Assembly: GCF_006345805.1 (NCBI RefSeq)
Contig: NW_021836495.1
Span: 1-23,468, forward strand
Length of the DNA stretch: 23,468 bases
DNA from: Octopus sinensis
Lineage: Eukaryota
Direction of reading: 5' to 3'
Shown here: positions 21,966 through 23,468 of the stretch, in pieces
Position numbering within the stretch: the first letter of the stretch is position 1
Layout: each line of letters begins with the position of its first letter
Position numbers and translations under genes: made by a program
Notes under the pieces: generated by a model
The model's database searches: none
What the model saw: only the letters and a program-made list of their open reading frames with translations
Told to the model about the DNA's origin: nothing

Positions 21966-22819
21966 ATCGCAATCATACCACCACCACCACCATCACCACC
22001 ATCACCATCAAAGATAGCTCCGCTACCACCGCCACTATCACCACCACCACTACCACCACTACCACCACCGCCAGTGTCACCATCAACACAGCCACTACCA
22101 CAAACCACCACCAAAACCACCACGGCCGGTATCGCCACTACCACCACGAGACCTCCACCACCACCACCACAACCACTGCCATCATCATCATCACCATCAC
22201 AGCTATCTCCATCACCACTACCATCACCGCCCACATCGCTGCCAAAACTATCACCAAAACCACCATCACTACCATCGTCCCCAGTACCACCACCACCACC
22301 GCTAACACCACCACCATCATTACTATCACTGGTAATACCATCGCCACCAATACCGCTAATGCCAGCACCACCACCACTACCAACAACAACAACAACACCA
22401 ATACTACAACCATCACCACCATCGCCACCACCACCAACACTACCACCATCACCACTACCACCACCAACACTATCATCACCAATATCACAACCGTAGCCAA
22501 CACCGACAACTGAAATATCCCCTTCGGCATCCCTCATCACTACCACCACCATCACGAGCAACACAACCACTACCACCACCAACAACAACAACAACACCAA
22601 TACCGCCATCACCACCATCACTACCATTACCGCCACAATCGCCCCTACCCCGCCGCCGCTATTATCAGGACCATCGCCATTCTGCTGTCGTCTGCATATC
22701 GATAGATGGAAGAAGCTGTGTTACCAGGCAACAACACTACTTGCTCCCTTCCAGCAGTTTATCACATGACGGGAAAGAGTCGATATAGTCCTGTCTAAAC
22801 AAAACTACAACAGAGCCTG

Positions 22820-23123
22820 CCAAAACACACACAGACACACAGACACACGGACTCGAACAGACACGCGCACACAGAGGCACATACGCACACACGCACACAC
22901 ACATATATATATACCTATATACGCACACATATATATTTACATATATACTTATATACTTATAACACCTCTCTAACATATCTGACGCTCTTTCGCTGAATCT
23001 GTTGAATTGTGTGTTTTTGCCACTCTGTCCGTTTTTGTGCATATGTATGTATGTACGTATGCATGTATGTATATATATGTATGTACGTATGTATGTATGT
23101 ATGTATGTATGTATGTATGTATG

Positions 23124-23154
<31 letters not shown>

Positions 23155-23345
23155 GTGTATGTATGTATGCGTATGTAATTGTGTGTATGTGTTTTGGTGT
23201 GCATGTATGCATGTAAGTATGTGTATATGTATGCCAATGTTTACTAACAGAAATACTTTGGTCATTTTCCTCATAATCATTTGCCGATCGATATATATAT
23301 ATATATATTATATATATATATATATATATACATACATATATATAG
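22820..23345. repeat. (CA)/(TA)/(TATG)n compound microsatellites
   Basis: Direct inspection. Confidence 0.9.
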
Positions 23346-23468
23346 GAAAATAGGGATGAAACATCCAGCCTGTCAGTGGTACGATCGTTAAATACATAAT
23401 TTTGCAGAAAAAACCTTACAAATTACATGGGTTATATAACTTTATAAAATGAATAGAAAATGTATATA

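Larger units (their letters stand above)
19735..22650. repeat. Trinucleotide low-complexity domain: (CAC)n, (AAC)n, (CAT)n, with an (ATT)n block at ~20305-20560
   Basis: Direct inspection. Long stop-free frames are a by-product. Confidence 0.9.

Noticed and set aside
19446-22636. 190-240 aa ORFs rich in T, P, V, G and D
   Set aside because: Open in several frames on both strands because of trinucleotide repeats; no domain or splice support.
22720-22825. Possible minus-strand exon bounded by ttttggcag and gtaaca
   Set aside because: All three frames from that acceptor contain stops; no other support.

Overview
Repeat-dominated, AT-rich eukaryotic non-coding DNA. The tRNA-derived SINE families and the extreme (TA)/(GATA)/(CAC) microsatellite load point to a coleoid cephalopod, most likely Octopus (inference). 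No protein-coding gene can be supported: nearly all ORFs in the track are translations of microsatellites or SINEs. The window holds many SINE copies and fragments from about five families, two non-autonomous Helitrons, a probable MITE and a decayed LINE 3' end. The main finding is 14841-17583, an array of a ~484-bp unit in which each complete unit carries a type I hammerhead ribozyme fold (stem I AGUUCUG/CAGAACU, core CUGACGA...GAAA, near-palindromic stem III, AUA cleavage triplet). The array has two head-to-head arms whose 3' ends both terminate in (TA)n. This is the architecture expected of a retrozyme or Penelope-like pseudo-LTR insertion. It sits, together with another SINE, inside the internal (TA)n of a host SINE that has been split by 3.3 kb.
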